Shown in pieces: positions 11,095 through 21,745 of a stretch of 45,944 bases of DNA; the first letter of the stretch is position 1; each line of letters begins with the position of its first letter. The notes under the pieces were generated by a model. That model searched no databases. It worked only from the letters and a program-made list of their open reading frames with translations, and was not told the DNA's origin. The position numbers and the translations under genes were made by a program. Source of the stretch: Octopus bimaculoides (lineage: Eukaryota). The stretch covers positions 4,648,985 through 4,694,928 of the forward strand of contig NC_068989.1 in NCBI RefSeq assembly GCF_001194135.2. The letters are read 5' to 3'.

Positions 11095-11620
11095 ACGATT
11101 AGCATCGTTGGCAATGGTAAGATAAATTGACAATTGGGAAGATTGGCGTCGGGAATGGCAACGGTTAGTTTAGCAGATTAACAACAAGAATGGCAAAGAT
11201 AACGTTTAACGTCGGGAATGGGAACTGCAGTGGTAACGACTAGGATCATATAGGCAATAGCAAAAATTAGCGTCGGGAATACTACAGTAGAGATAAGCGT
11301 CGAGAAAACAATAATATTCATTAGTGTTGGGAATTGCATAGGTAACAATTAGCGTCAGCAATGGTAATGGCAACAATTAGCGTTGGGAATGGTAATAGTA
11401 GCTATTAGCGTCATAAATGACGATGGTATTGATTAGCGACGGAAGCGGCAATACTAATGATTGAGGTCAATAAAATCAATAGTAAAGATTATAAATGAGA
11501 TTAGCAATGATACAAATTAGTGTTGAGAAGGCGATGGTAAAGATTGGGGTCGGATATGGCAATGATAAAAATTAACGTCGGGTATGGCAATGGTAAAAAT
11601 TAGCGTCGAGCAAGGCAATA
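11095..11620. repeat. Degenerate 28-bp minisatellite, consensus about ATTAGCGTCGGGAATGGCAATGGTAAAA
   Basis: ATTAGCG at 11348, 11376, 11404, 11432; GTCG at 11549, 11577, 11605 (exact 28-bp spacing). Confidence 0.85.
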
Positions 11621-11627
11621 TACATGT

Positions 11628-11661
<34 letters not shown>

Positions 11662-12379
11662 NNNNNNNNNNNNNNNNNNNNNNNNNNNNNNNNNNNNNNN
11701 NNNNNNNNNNNNNNNNNNNNNNNNNNNNNNNNNNNNNNNNNNNNNNNNNNNNNNNNNNNNNNNNNNNNNNNNNNNNNNNNNNNNNNNNNNNNNNNNNNNN
11801 NNNNNNNNNNNNNNNNNNNNNNNNNNNNNNNNNNNNNNNNNNNNNNNNNNNNNNNNNNNNNNNNNNNNNNNNNNNNNNNNNNATATATATGCACACACGT
11901 ACGTACGTGTGTGTGTGTGTGTGTGTATGATGGCTGTCTTCTCGTTAGACGAGCGTGACCGTCGCTGATACATGTAAGAGTTTAAAGTTGAGTGCGGCTT
12001 ATACAACATCACAACAACTCTCACAAGGAATACCAAGGAACTCAGAGACAAGCAAAGTGATAAAATATCCGGCTCAGCAGAGCAGTAGGTTTTGCATACA
12101 AGTTAGTCTTCTCCTAGAAGGGTGCCTTAACAAAGACCAAGGGTCCTTCACTCTCAGTGCTTACTGCGCCCTCGGACACCAACTTAAATATAGTGAGAGA
12201 GGGAAAGAATGAGAAAGAGTGAAAAAGGGCGAAAGAGTTGGAAAGATTGAGAGAGGCATACATTTATGTCGTTGTGTGTCAGTGTTTGTGAGTAAATCTG
12301 TGAGCGTATATGTAGCTGGCTATTTCTCATCTTTTTAGTTGTTTTGTTTATAATTTAATTTTCTCAACTAACAAATTCT

Positions 12380-12479
12380 TATTGTATATACATACATGAG
12401 TATGTACATAGATACATATATACGCACATACATACATATGCATATACATACACTTATATACATGTATGCATACACACAA

Positions 12480-12568
<89 letters not shown>

Positions 12569-12752
12569 CATATACATATATGTATATATATGTATATATA
12601 TATATGTATACATGTGTGCGCATGTATATATTCATACACATACTTATGTATAAATATATAGTGAGAGAGAGTGTGTGAGAAGAAAAGAGAGAGAGAAAGA
12701 GAGAGTGAGAGTGAGAGAAAGAGAATGAGAGAGAGAGAGAGAGAGAGAGAGA
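12380..12752. repeat. Compound (AT)/(AC)/(GA) microsatellite block
   Basis: Directly visible. Confidence 0.9.
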
Positions 12753-13254
12753 ACTAAGTTGGCTTGTGCCATTTTCAATTTGGAATTTTTTCTCAAAACA
12801 ATTTTAATTCCAAAGTGCTCAAAATCTCTATAGAAAATGTTCGGTTCAATGAAACTAAAAGCAGACAAGATAATTAAATAAGATTTAACCCCTCGTCCAC
12901 CACCCCCACCCCCACGTCCCTTGTAGAAACAATGCAACTAGAACCCAGCCTCCCCAACTCGACCTTCCTATAACCACCACCACTACCACCGCTGCTGCCG
13001 CCACCACCATTACATTGTAGCCAAAGCTTACATCTTAACACTATTCTTCATCACTTTAGCATTAGCATCTCTCCATCTTCATCACCACCACAACACCATT
13101 CACCAAATTCACAATCAGCACCACCAAAAACAACCACAAACACTGCCATTTCCAATACTGGCTCATCTACTTCAATTCTAGTATTACAGCTACTACTACT
13201 GTTATCTCCATTGCCAGCCACCAACACTCTGAGCCTAAAAGGAAACTTCTAGGC

Positions 13255-13403
13255 CAGTGATGGATAAACACTGTGACCCATGGGACTTTCTGGTTGGCAC
13301 ATCTAAGGAAAAATTACTTTGAATTCTTTTTAGAAGTGCAGCCCTCTTTATGATGTGTTACACCTGATGCAGTCCACTTCTTGAAAAAGGTTGCCCCTAC
13401 CTG
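13255..13403. mobile_element. Putative hAT/Charlie-type MITE (149 bp), decayed
   Basis: Ends cagtgatggataaac / ggttgcccctacctg (9/15 inverted match); flanking 8-mers ttctaggc / atctagag resemble the Charlie NTCTAGAN target consensus. Confidence 0.4.
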
Positions 13404-13411
13404 ATCTAGAG

Positions 13412-13590
13412 AGTCGTTCGACCTGCCAGAAATAGCAGCTAATTCTTTCTTTCAAATCACATCCATAAAGTGATTTTTTTTTCTTTTGTAAGGACACATT
13501 TGATAATGTAGTCCAAGATATATTGTAATTGAGTAAAAGATGGAATAATCAAGGCCATACAAATGCCTGCTACAACAGGACCAACCTCAG
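13412..13590 (+). mobile_element. Dispersed repeat family D (retroposon-like 3' portion), degenerate
   Basis: ttcgacctgc.agaaatagcagc...ggacac.tt.gataatgt; related pieces at 13984, 24430, 24765, 29825, 30590(-), 31830, 33170-33255, 35745(-). Confidence 0.6.
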
Positions 13591-13607
13591 ACTAACAACA
13601 TCCCCAC

Positions 13608-13621
13608 CACTACTACTGCTG

Positions 13622-13714
<93 letters not shown>

Positions 13715-13728
13715 CCGCTGCTGCTGCT
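13608..13728. repeat. (CTA)n(CTG)n microsatellite
   Basis: Directly visible. Confidence 0.95.
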
Positions 13729-13775
13729 GTTTTCATTGCCACTATCACACTAAGCACAAAAGGAAGCTTCTAGAC

Positions 13776-13975
13776 CATCAGTTCTCAACAATGGCTCCTA
13801 GGGGCACATACGGCCCTCAAGCATCCTTCTGGTGACCCTCAACAGTCTTCCCTCTATAAATATGATAGATTTTTCTTTAATTGAGTTGTATTTCCGGTTT
13901 TTTTGTTGCAGCCTTCTAAAAAAAAACTGCAGGTTTGGGACCTGGTCCAGATATTAAAAAGGTCAAGAACTACTG
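13776..13975. mobile_element. hAT/Charlie-type MITE (200 bp), decayed
   Basis: Ends catcagttctcaac / gtcaagaactactg resemble the CAGTGGTTCTCAAC-type TIR; 8-bp TSD ttctagac/ttatggac (6/8). Confidence 0.55.
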
Positions 13976-14199
13976 TTATGGACAGTCATTCGACCTGCTA
14001 GAAATAGCAGCTAATTGATGATGCTAGCTAGTGTCCTAAAGTCTCTTCAAGGACACTAGCTAACAGCATCACCAACACCACCATCATAACAGCTGCCTCC
14101 ACCCTCATCGTAGCACATTGCCATTCAAACAACGTTGCATTACCACCATCAACATCACCATCTCCACCACTACAACCATTATCATCACAATAAGCATCA

Positions 14200-15115
14200 T
14201 TAATGCCACTCCACCACCACCACCACCACCACCACTACCACCACCACCACTACCACCACCACCACTATGTTACTAACAGAATTACCATGACTATCATTAC
14301 TACTAACACCATCACTACTCTCAGCATTGCCTCCGTTACCACTATTCCCACTACCACCACCACCGCTGCCGCACTCACCACCACTACCGCCACTCTCACC
14401 ATCACCACCACAACTGCTCTTTCCATCACCACCACCACCACCACCACCATCCTCACCACCACCACCACAACNNNNNNNNNNNNNNNNNNNNNNNNNNNNN
14501 NNNNNNNNNNNNNNNNNNNNNNNNNNNNNNNNNNNNNNNNNNNNNNNNNNNNNNNNNNNNNNNNNNNNNNNNNNNNNNNNNNNNNNNNNNNNNNNNNNNN
14601 NNNNNNNNNNNNNNNNNNNNNNNNNNNNNNNNNNNNNNNNNNNNNNNNNNNNNNNNNNNNNNNNNNNNNNNNNNNNNNNNNNNNNNNNNNNNNNNNNNNN
14701 NNNNNNNNNNNNNNNNNNNNNNNNNNNNNNNNNNNNNNNNNNNNNNNNNNNNNNNNNNNNNNNNNNNNNNNNNNNNNNNNNNNNNNNNNNNNNNNNNNNN
14801 NNNNNNNNNNNNNNNNNNNNNNNNNNNNNNNNNNNNNNNNNNNNNNNNNNNNNNNNNNNNNNNNNNNNNNNNNNNNNNNNNNNNNNNNNNNNNNNNNNNN
14901 NNNNNNNNNNNNNNNNNNNNNNNNNNNNNNNNNNNNNNNNNNNNNNNNNNNNNNNNNNNNNNNNNNNNNNNNNNNNNNNNNNNNNNNNNNNNNNNNNNNN
15001 NNNNCACCACCACTCTCACCAGCATCACCACCACCACCACTCTCACCAGCACCACCACCACCACCACTCTCACCAGCACCACCACCACTGCCACTCTCGC
15101 CACCACTAACAACTA
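14200..15115. repeat. (ACC)n-rich trinucleotide tract spanning a gap
   Basis: Directly visible. Confidence 0.9.
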
Positions 15116-16711
15116 CTAGCTTAACCGTAATACCACTGAGAAAATAGTTGATAAAACACCCACATCAGTCGTCCTGTCACTTATAATTGTTCTCTCTGAT
15201 CAATGAATCGTGTGAGGATGCATTTGACTCTGCACAAATGCACACAGATTAGTGTGCTTGTGTGTGTTTGTTTGGAAATGTGTGGAGCATATGTATGCAT
15301 GTGTCTCTGAGTGTGTATATAGATAGACGTAAGTATGCAAGTACATGTACACACATGCATACACACTTGCATACACACACATCCATTTCATATGTCTTCT
15401 ATCAATTTTTGCTCTCTGCAAATATAATTTATACGGATACAACTGCTTACAAAAATAGGGATTAATGTATAATTTCTTTCTATGTTCATAATTAAATCAA
15501 TGTTTTAATGATTAGACAGAGGTCCAATAGAATAGCTCTCAGAAACAGACTAAGTACAAATTCATTCTTCCCAACTCCTGAAGCTGTTTTCNNNNNNNNN
15601 NNNNNNNNNNNNNNNNNNNNNNNNNNNNNNNNNNNNNNNNNNNNNNNNNNNNNNNNNNNNNNNNNNNNNNNNNNNNNNNNNNNNNNNNNNNNNNNNNNNN
15701 NNNNNNNNNNNNNNNNNNNNNNNNNNNNNNNNNNNNNNNNNNNNNNNNNNNNNNNNNNNNNNNNNNNNNNNNNNNNNNNNNNNNNNNNNNNNNNNNNNNN
15801 NNNNNNNNNNNNNNNNNNNNNNNNNNNNNNNNNNNNNNNNNNNNNNNNNNNNNNNNNNNNNNNNNNNNNNNNNNNNNNNNNNNNNNNNNNNNNNNNNNNN
15901 NNNNNNNNNNNNNNNNNNNNNNNNNNNNNNNNNNNNNNNNNNNNNNNNNNNNNNNNNNNNNNNNNNNNNNNNNNNNNNNNNNNNNNNNNNNNNNNNNNNN
16001 NNNNNNNNNNNNNNNNNNNNNNNNNNNNNNNNNNNNNNNNNNNNNNNNNNNNNNNNNNNNNNNNNNNNNNNNNATATATATATATATATATATATACATA
16101 CATATATATGCACACAGATATATGTAGAAATATGTATATGTGTGTGTATGAGTGTGCCTGTGTTTGTTTGCATGTATACACACACACACACACATGCACA
16201 TAGATATATATCAGGTGAGTGAATATGGATGCACACATGTATGTACATATCTACATGTTTCCATACATGCATATGTACACATGTGCATCAATTTACTCTA
16301 TTATAGCTGTCCTACTGCACTTTGCAGAATATCTCCTTGTCGTCTTTAATTTTTCCCCACCCTACCCCCACCATTTTCCCATTTTCAATTCATTTTCCAA
16401 TAATTTTATTACTACTTAATGGGAACATTTGTATTCATATATTTACTTATTTTCTTCTTAAAGTGTCCCTTTAGAATTTACTAAATTTCTCCATTCTCTC
16501 TTCTGGTTACTTTTAAAAAGATTACCCATAATTCCTTTCAGCTAATCCATTATCAATATTATCACATTTCTTGATGTGAATTCATGTGTTGAAACCTATT
16601 TTCTTGTATCATGGGAGGACCATTATGCTAATAAACACACACACACACACACACACACAGGTTTTACTTCACTTCACTTCTTTATTATTTATTTATCAAT
16701 TGGTTTGATAT

Positions 16712-16912
16712 TTAACTCTTTAGCATTCAGTTTACTCTGTCAAATGTAATGCTTATTTATTCATATTACTTTGAATTAATCAGGCATTATCTCATGGCTT
16801 TTAGATTTCAATGATGAGGTTGTTTATTTTAAGAATGACACAGTAGGGTATGTAGTGACTATTTATTTTTCTGAATGACATTGTAAGGTAGGTGTGAGAG
16901 GCCAGATTTGGG
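16712..16912 (+). mobile_element. Possible piggyBac-type MITE, left part only
   Basis: TTAA (16712-16715) followed by ctctttagcattcag, resembling a CCCTTTAGCATT terminus recalled from Octopus repeats; internal duplication gaatgaca..gta.ggta; no right TIR seen. Confidence 0.4.
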
Positions 16913-16978
16913 CCTCGTGCCTGGAGTAGAAAGGAACAGTGGAGTCCACCAAACTATAAACATGTAGCAGACACACAT

Positions 16979-17041
<63 letters not shown>

Positions 17042-17954
17042 NNNNNNNNNNNNNNNNNNNNNNNNNNNNNNNNNNNNNNNNNNNNNNNNNNNNNNNNNNN
17101 NNNNNNNNNNNNNNNNNNNNNNNNNNNNNNNNNNNNNNNNNNNNNNNNNNNNNNNNNNNNNNNNNNNNNNNNNNNNNNNNNNNNNNNNNNNNNNNNNNNN
17201 NNNNNNNNNNNNNNNNNNNNNNNNNNNNNNNNNNNNNNNNNNNNNNNNNNNNNNNNNNNNNNNNNNNNNNNNNNNNNNNNNNNNNNNNNNNNNNNNNNNN
17301 NNNNNNNNNNNNNNNNNNNNNNNNNNNNNNNNNNNNNNNNNNNNNNNNNNNNNNNNNNNNNNNNNNNNNNNNNNNNNNNNNNNNNNNNNNNNNNNNNNNN
17401 NNNNNNNNNNNNNNNNNNNNNNNNNNNNNNNNNNNNNNNNNNNNNNNNNNNNNNNNNNNNNNNNNNNNNNNNNNNNNNNNNNNNNNNNNNNNNNNNNNNN
17501 NNNNNNNNNNNNNNNNNNNNNNNNNNNNNNNNNNNNNNNNNNNNNNNNNNNNNNNNNNNNNNNNNNNNNNNNNNNNNNNNNNNNNNNNNNNNNNNNNNNN
17601 NNNNNNNNNNNNNNNNNNNNNNNNNNNNNNNNNNNNNNNNNNNNNNNNNNNNNNNNNNNNNNNNNNNNNNNNNNNNNNNNNNNNNNNNNNNNNNNNNNNN
17701 NNNNNNNNNNNNNNNNNNNNNNNNNNNNNNNNNNNNNNNNNNNNNNNNNNNNNNNNNNNNNNNNNNNNNNNNNNNNNNNNNNNNNNNNNNNNNNNNNNNN
17801 NNNNNNNNNNNNNNNNNNNNNNNNNNNNNNNNNNNNNNNNNNNNNNNNNNNNNNNNNNNNNNNNNNNNNNNNNNNNNNNNNNNNNNNNNNNNNNNNNNNN
17901 NNNNNNNNNNNNNNNNNNNNNNNNNNNNNNNNNNNNNNNNNNNNNNNNNNNNNN

Positions 17955-17980
17955 ATATATATGTATATACATATACACAT

Positions 17981-18031
<51 letters not shown>

Positions 18032-18241
18032 CATACACATATATATACACACACATATATATACATACACAATAGGGGATAATGCACACGAGAAATTTGA
18101 AATATCAATGATATTGTTTCTTTTCTAGATAGATAGATACACAAACACACACACACATATACATATATATACACACACACATATATATATACACACACAC
18201 ATATATATATACACACACACATATACATATATATACACGTG

Positions 18242-18289
<48 letters not shown>

Positions 18290-18438
18290 TGTATATATAT
18301 ATATACACACACACACACATACATATATACATGCATGTATACACACATACATACACATATATATATATATATACATACATATATATATACACACACACAT
18401 ATACATATATATATATATATATACACGTGTACATACAT

Positions 18439-18491
<53 letters not shown>

Positions 18492-18503
18492 TGNNNNNNN
18501 NNN

Positions 18504-18541
<38 letters not shown>

Positions 18542-18585
18542 GCATATATATGTGTGTGTATATGTATGTGTGTGTATATGTGTAT
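17955..18585. repeat. Compound (AT)/(AC) microsatellite block
   Basis: Directly visible. Confidence 0.92.
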
Positions 18586-19024
18586 TAAAATCCTACCATT
18601 CAATTGTGAAACTATCCTCATTTTCTTGTCTGTTTTAGATTTTTCTCTTTATCTTTTTATATTACCCATAATTCCCTTTTATATTTAATAAGGAATTTCT
18701 ATTATTCTTTGATTATATTTTCTTATAAATTTTACTTTCTTTGTTAATGTTGTTGTTGTTGCTGCTGTTTATTCTTGTTCTAGTGTTTTCCTTTTTTTTT
18801 AATTCCATCTCCCCCCACCCCTATCACAAGTATTGTCATTATACTTTCTTTCTTTTTTCTTTTTTTCTTTCTTTTTTTCTTTCTTTCTTCTTTCCTTCTT
18901 TCCTTCTTTGTTTTTATCTATTTTTACTTACTGTTTTATATCTCTTTCATTGATTATTATTTTTTTTGCCTGCTCGCATATCATATGGAATACATTTTAA
19001 AAGTTATTTGGACAGTTTTGACAT

Positions 19025-19430
19025 GTAGAGTGTATAATCAGCAACTTCCTTTTCCTCCTCTTCCTCCTCCTCCTCCTCCTCCTCATCATCATCATCATCG
19101 TCATCATCATCATCATCATCATCATCACCACTAACATAATCATCTACGTCGTCATGGTCGGCATCATTATCATCATCATTGTCATTCATCATTGTGGTCA
19201 TCATCGTCTTCATCATTGTCATCATCCCTATCCTCATGACCATCACCACCACCACTACAACTACCACAACCATGATAACCACTACTACTACTACCCGCCA
19301 CCACCACCACCACCACCACCAGCTTTAATAGCAGTGGTAATAGCAATACCAGCAACACCAACACCAACATCACCACCATTACCACAACCACCAGTATTAT
19401 CATCATCATCATCCATCATCATAATCATTA
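19025..19430. repeat. Compound trinucleotide tract (CCT/CAT/CAC/CTA)n
   Basis: Directly visible. Confidence 0.88.
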
Positions 19431-19605
19431 TATCAGATGATGAGATTGATGAAGGAACATCAGAAATTCAGTTTAATTCATTTGAAGAGCAACCTGAGCA
19501 TTCACACCTTTTGTCAATGTTTAGTGAAAGATATAAACGTTTGAAGCTATAGGACAGTGGCTCCTTTTCACTACCAAGGACCCTTTTTAATACACTTATC
19601 CTTAG

Positions 19606-19656
<51 letters not shown>

Positions 19657-19825
19657 CCCACTACACTCTCGGAGTGGTTGGCGTTAGGAAGGGCATCCAG
19701 CTGTAGAAACTCTGCCAAATCAGATTGGAGCCTGGTGCAGCCATCTGGTTCGCCAGTCCTCAGTCAAAAAGTCCAACCCATGCTAGCATGGAAAGCGGAC
19801 GTTAAACGATGATAATGATGATGAT
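19657..19825 (+). mobile_element. 5'-truncated retroposon 3' end with (GAT)n tail (RTE-type tail)
   Basis: ggcgttaggaagggcatccagctgtagaaac...gcatggaaagcggacgttaaac(gat)n; a reverse-strand remnant of the same terminus at about 38208-38240; RTE assignment from memory. Confidence 0.65.
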
Positions 19826-19881
19826 TACAGTTGTTATTATTATTATTACTATTATTATTCAGGTCACTACCTGGAATTGAA

Positions 19882-19954
19882 TGTAAATAATGTACATAAT
19901 TCCTCATCTCTTAAATATAATTTAAGAGATGAGGAATTATGTGCATTATTTACA
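19882..19954. repeat. Near-perfect 35-bp inverted repeat with 3-nt loop
   Basis: 19882-19916 pairs with 19920-19954; single mismatch (G-U wobble on the plus strand); loop ATA. Confidence 0.92.
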
Positions 19955-20761
19955 ATGTCGATCGAATGATGTGCTTTCGACACACCGGCACAAAATTGTC
20001 TCTAAAATACCTACGAAGAAAAATGTGTTCCAAAGTCTACAAAATCTTCACACAAATACAACCAAGCCACACCATTTATGAATATTCCAAAAACTTACAT
20101 GACTTTACGGAAAATAAATAATAATAGTAACGAGAACCACAGAAATGATAAACGTTAAAAAAAATTGGTATCTCCATTTTCAACGTCACAGTTTTGCGCA
20201 AAATACATTTTAAAATATTTGCTTCATGCACAAAAATAAATTTTGTAAAATATAAAATGTTTTTTCTCAGTTCTTTAATGCAACATAAATAGCATTAAAC
20301 ATTTTTATAGAACTAAAAGATTTTATCATTACATACTACATTTAGGTAGCAATAATTCAGGAAATTGCTATCTGATCACAGACCATACACTATTCCATAT
20401 TACTCTCAGAACTGACTGCACGGACTCTTTGACAACGGGAATGGTTTTATAACGTACATAAAAATTTTCATTCAATATATAAAAATCAGAAATAGCATTC
20501 GTAAACTAATAAGAGACGATAACTAAACTAGGAATATAAGCTTTCAAAATACAAACAGTGAAAAATGATGCCATTTAAAATAAGCAGATATGTATGTATA
20601 AATTGCATCCATGGGGAGAGTTATATGCTTCAATACACGAATTCACATAAAGAATCTTGCAAACCAAATACAAAAACGAAATATATATATATAGCATATG
20701 GTATAAATATAAACAGGGCAAATTTTAGCCATTTCTCTTCAGACTGAAAAAAAATTACGAA

Positions 20762-20808
20762 AAACCTTAATCGATTTTCGAACCTTGTTGGGTTCTCATC
20801 AGAGACGT
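20762..20808 (-). ncRNA. Minimal type-I hammerhead ribozyme with palindromic stem III
   Basis: Minus strand: acgtct-CTGATGA-GAACC-caacaa-GGTTC-GAA-AATCGATT-A-aggttt. Canonical core, perfect 5-bp stem II, 8-bp palindrome stem III, cleavage triplet UUA, stem I U-A, C-G, U-G, G-U then mismatch. Confidence 0.75.
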
Positions 20809-20850
20809 CTACATCATTCTGACAGTCTCCAGAGAAACGTGCAGCCAAAC

Positions 20851-20860
20851 TATTTATATA
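20851..20860 (-). promoter_or_regulatory. TATA-like box (TATATAAATA) about 45 nt upstream of the hammerhead
   Basis: Motif match and position only; weak in AT-rich DNA. Confidence 0.2.
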
Positions 20861-21451
20861 GTCAACAAATGCAGCAGTTATTCTATGAAGGAATTCTTAA
20901 TTTGCATACCGAAAGTGTTTAACAGTCAATAAATGCTAGTCTCCTGTCAACGGGGATCTTAGTTCACACAGTATCAAGGTATGTTATAATAAATATGTAA
21001 CATATGGTATAATTATAAACAGGGCAAATTTTAGCCATTTCTTCGCATTTCTTCTAGCAGCCGAAGTTCCTTCACATCAAACTCTACCATCTTCAATGCA
21101 TATGGACAGATTAGATAATTAAGTCAGTCAAAAATAATCATCAAAAAGGGAAGAATGTCACGGTTGGATTGCATTTGATCATAAGTCATCTTATACAGGA
21201 TCCATCTAGAGTCTTAACAACATCACCAATAGCAACTGAAGGAGTCTTAACGAGATCGTCTGCTAGAAATAGCACTGTCTGAATAAAACATTGTACGGTC
21301 ACTGTTGGAACGTCTTTGAGTATAGCTGATCTCGGACTAAACCACAACAGCGACAACGGCATACTATGTACGACCACGACACGCCTAACCTCGTTTATCA
21401 CGGGAGTTTGTTTCCAAATAAGCACAGTGATAAATGAATCGTGTCCATGCA

Positions 21452-21590
21452 CTTTGTGAATGAAATGAATGGGAGATTCACTCACACCAAATTTGCGGCC
21501 CACAGCAGCGAAGCTTCCGCCATTACGTATTTTCTTGATCCTCTCTACATTTTCCAGTTGAGAAGTTCTCCATCGGCGTCGTGTAAAATT
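21452..21590 (-). mobile_element. Tigger/pogo-type transposase remnant (CENP-B-like N-terminal HTH)
   Basis: Minus frame RRRWRTSQLENVERIKKIRNGGSFAAVGRKFGVSESPIHFIHK fits the L..K..I......G.S...VGR.FGV.ESTI..I.K pattern; downstream not homologous. Confidence 0.55.
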
Positions 21591-21630
21591 AGGTTCCTCT
21601 GTATTTTTTCTATTCTTTGGTGTCGTGTTA

Positions 21631-21745
21631 AAGGCACACGGCTTAGGGTGTTCGACTCACGATCGTAAGGTCGTGAGCTCGACATCCAGCGGTACGTTGT
21701 GTACCTGAGCCAAGCACTTTATTTCACAGTGCTCCAATCCAGGCT
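21631..21745 (+). mobile_element. SINE C2-type head fragment
   Basis: aaggcacacggcttagggtgttcgactcacgatcgtaaggtcgtgag...gcactttatttcac..tgctcca, colinear with the minus-strand copy at 10041-9930. Confidence 0.7.

Larger units (their letters stand above)
20695..21042 (-). mobile_element. 306-bp hammerhead-containing unit bounded by a 42-bp direct repeat (candidate retrozyme or Penelope-derived insertion)
   Basis: catatggtataa(a/t)tataaacagggcaaattttagccatttct at 20695-20736 and 21001-21042 (41/42); hammerhead and TATA-like box inside. Confidence 0.5.

Noticed and set aside
11095-11620. CRISPR array (also the SINE A cluster 32091-32983)
   Set aside because: No constant repeat with unique spacers, eukaryotic context, and no cas genes.
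11935-12200. Possible LINE 3' UTR remnant (aaatatccggc...agtcttctcctaga.gggtgcctt..caaagacc)
   Set aside because: Only a vague recollection of similarity, with no second copy or coding motif in the window.
19437-19552. Possible terminal exon (DDEIDEGTSEIQFNSFEEQPEHSHLLSMFSERYKRLKL*) after AG at 19435-36
   Set aside because: Protein-like but unrecognised; no polypyrimidine tract and no partner exons. It needs RNA-seq or tBLASTn support.
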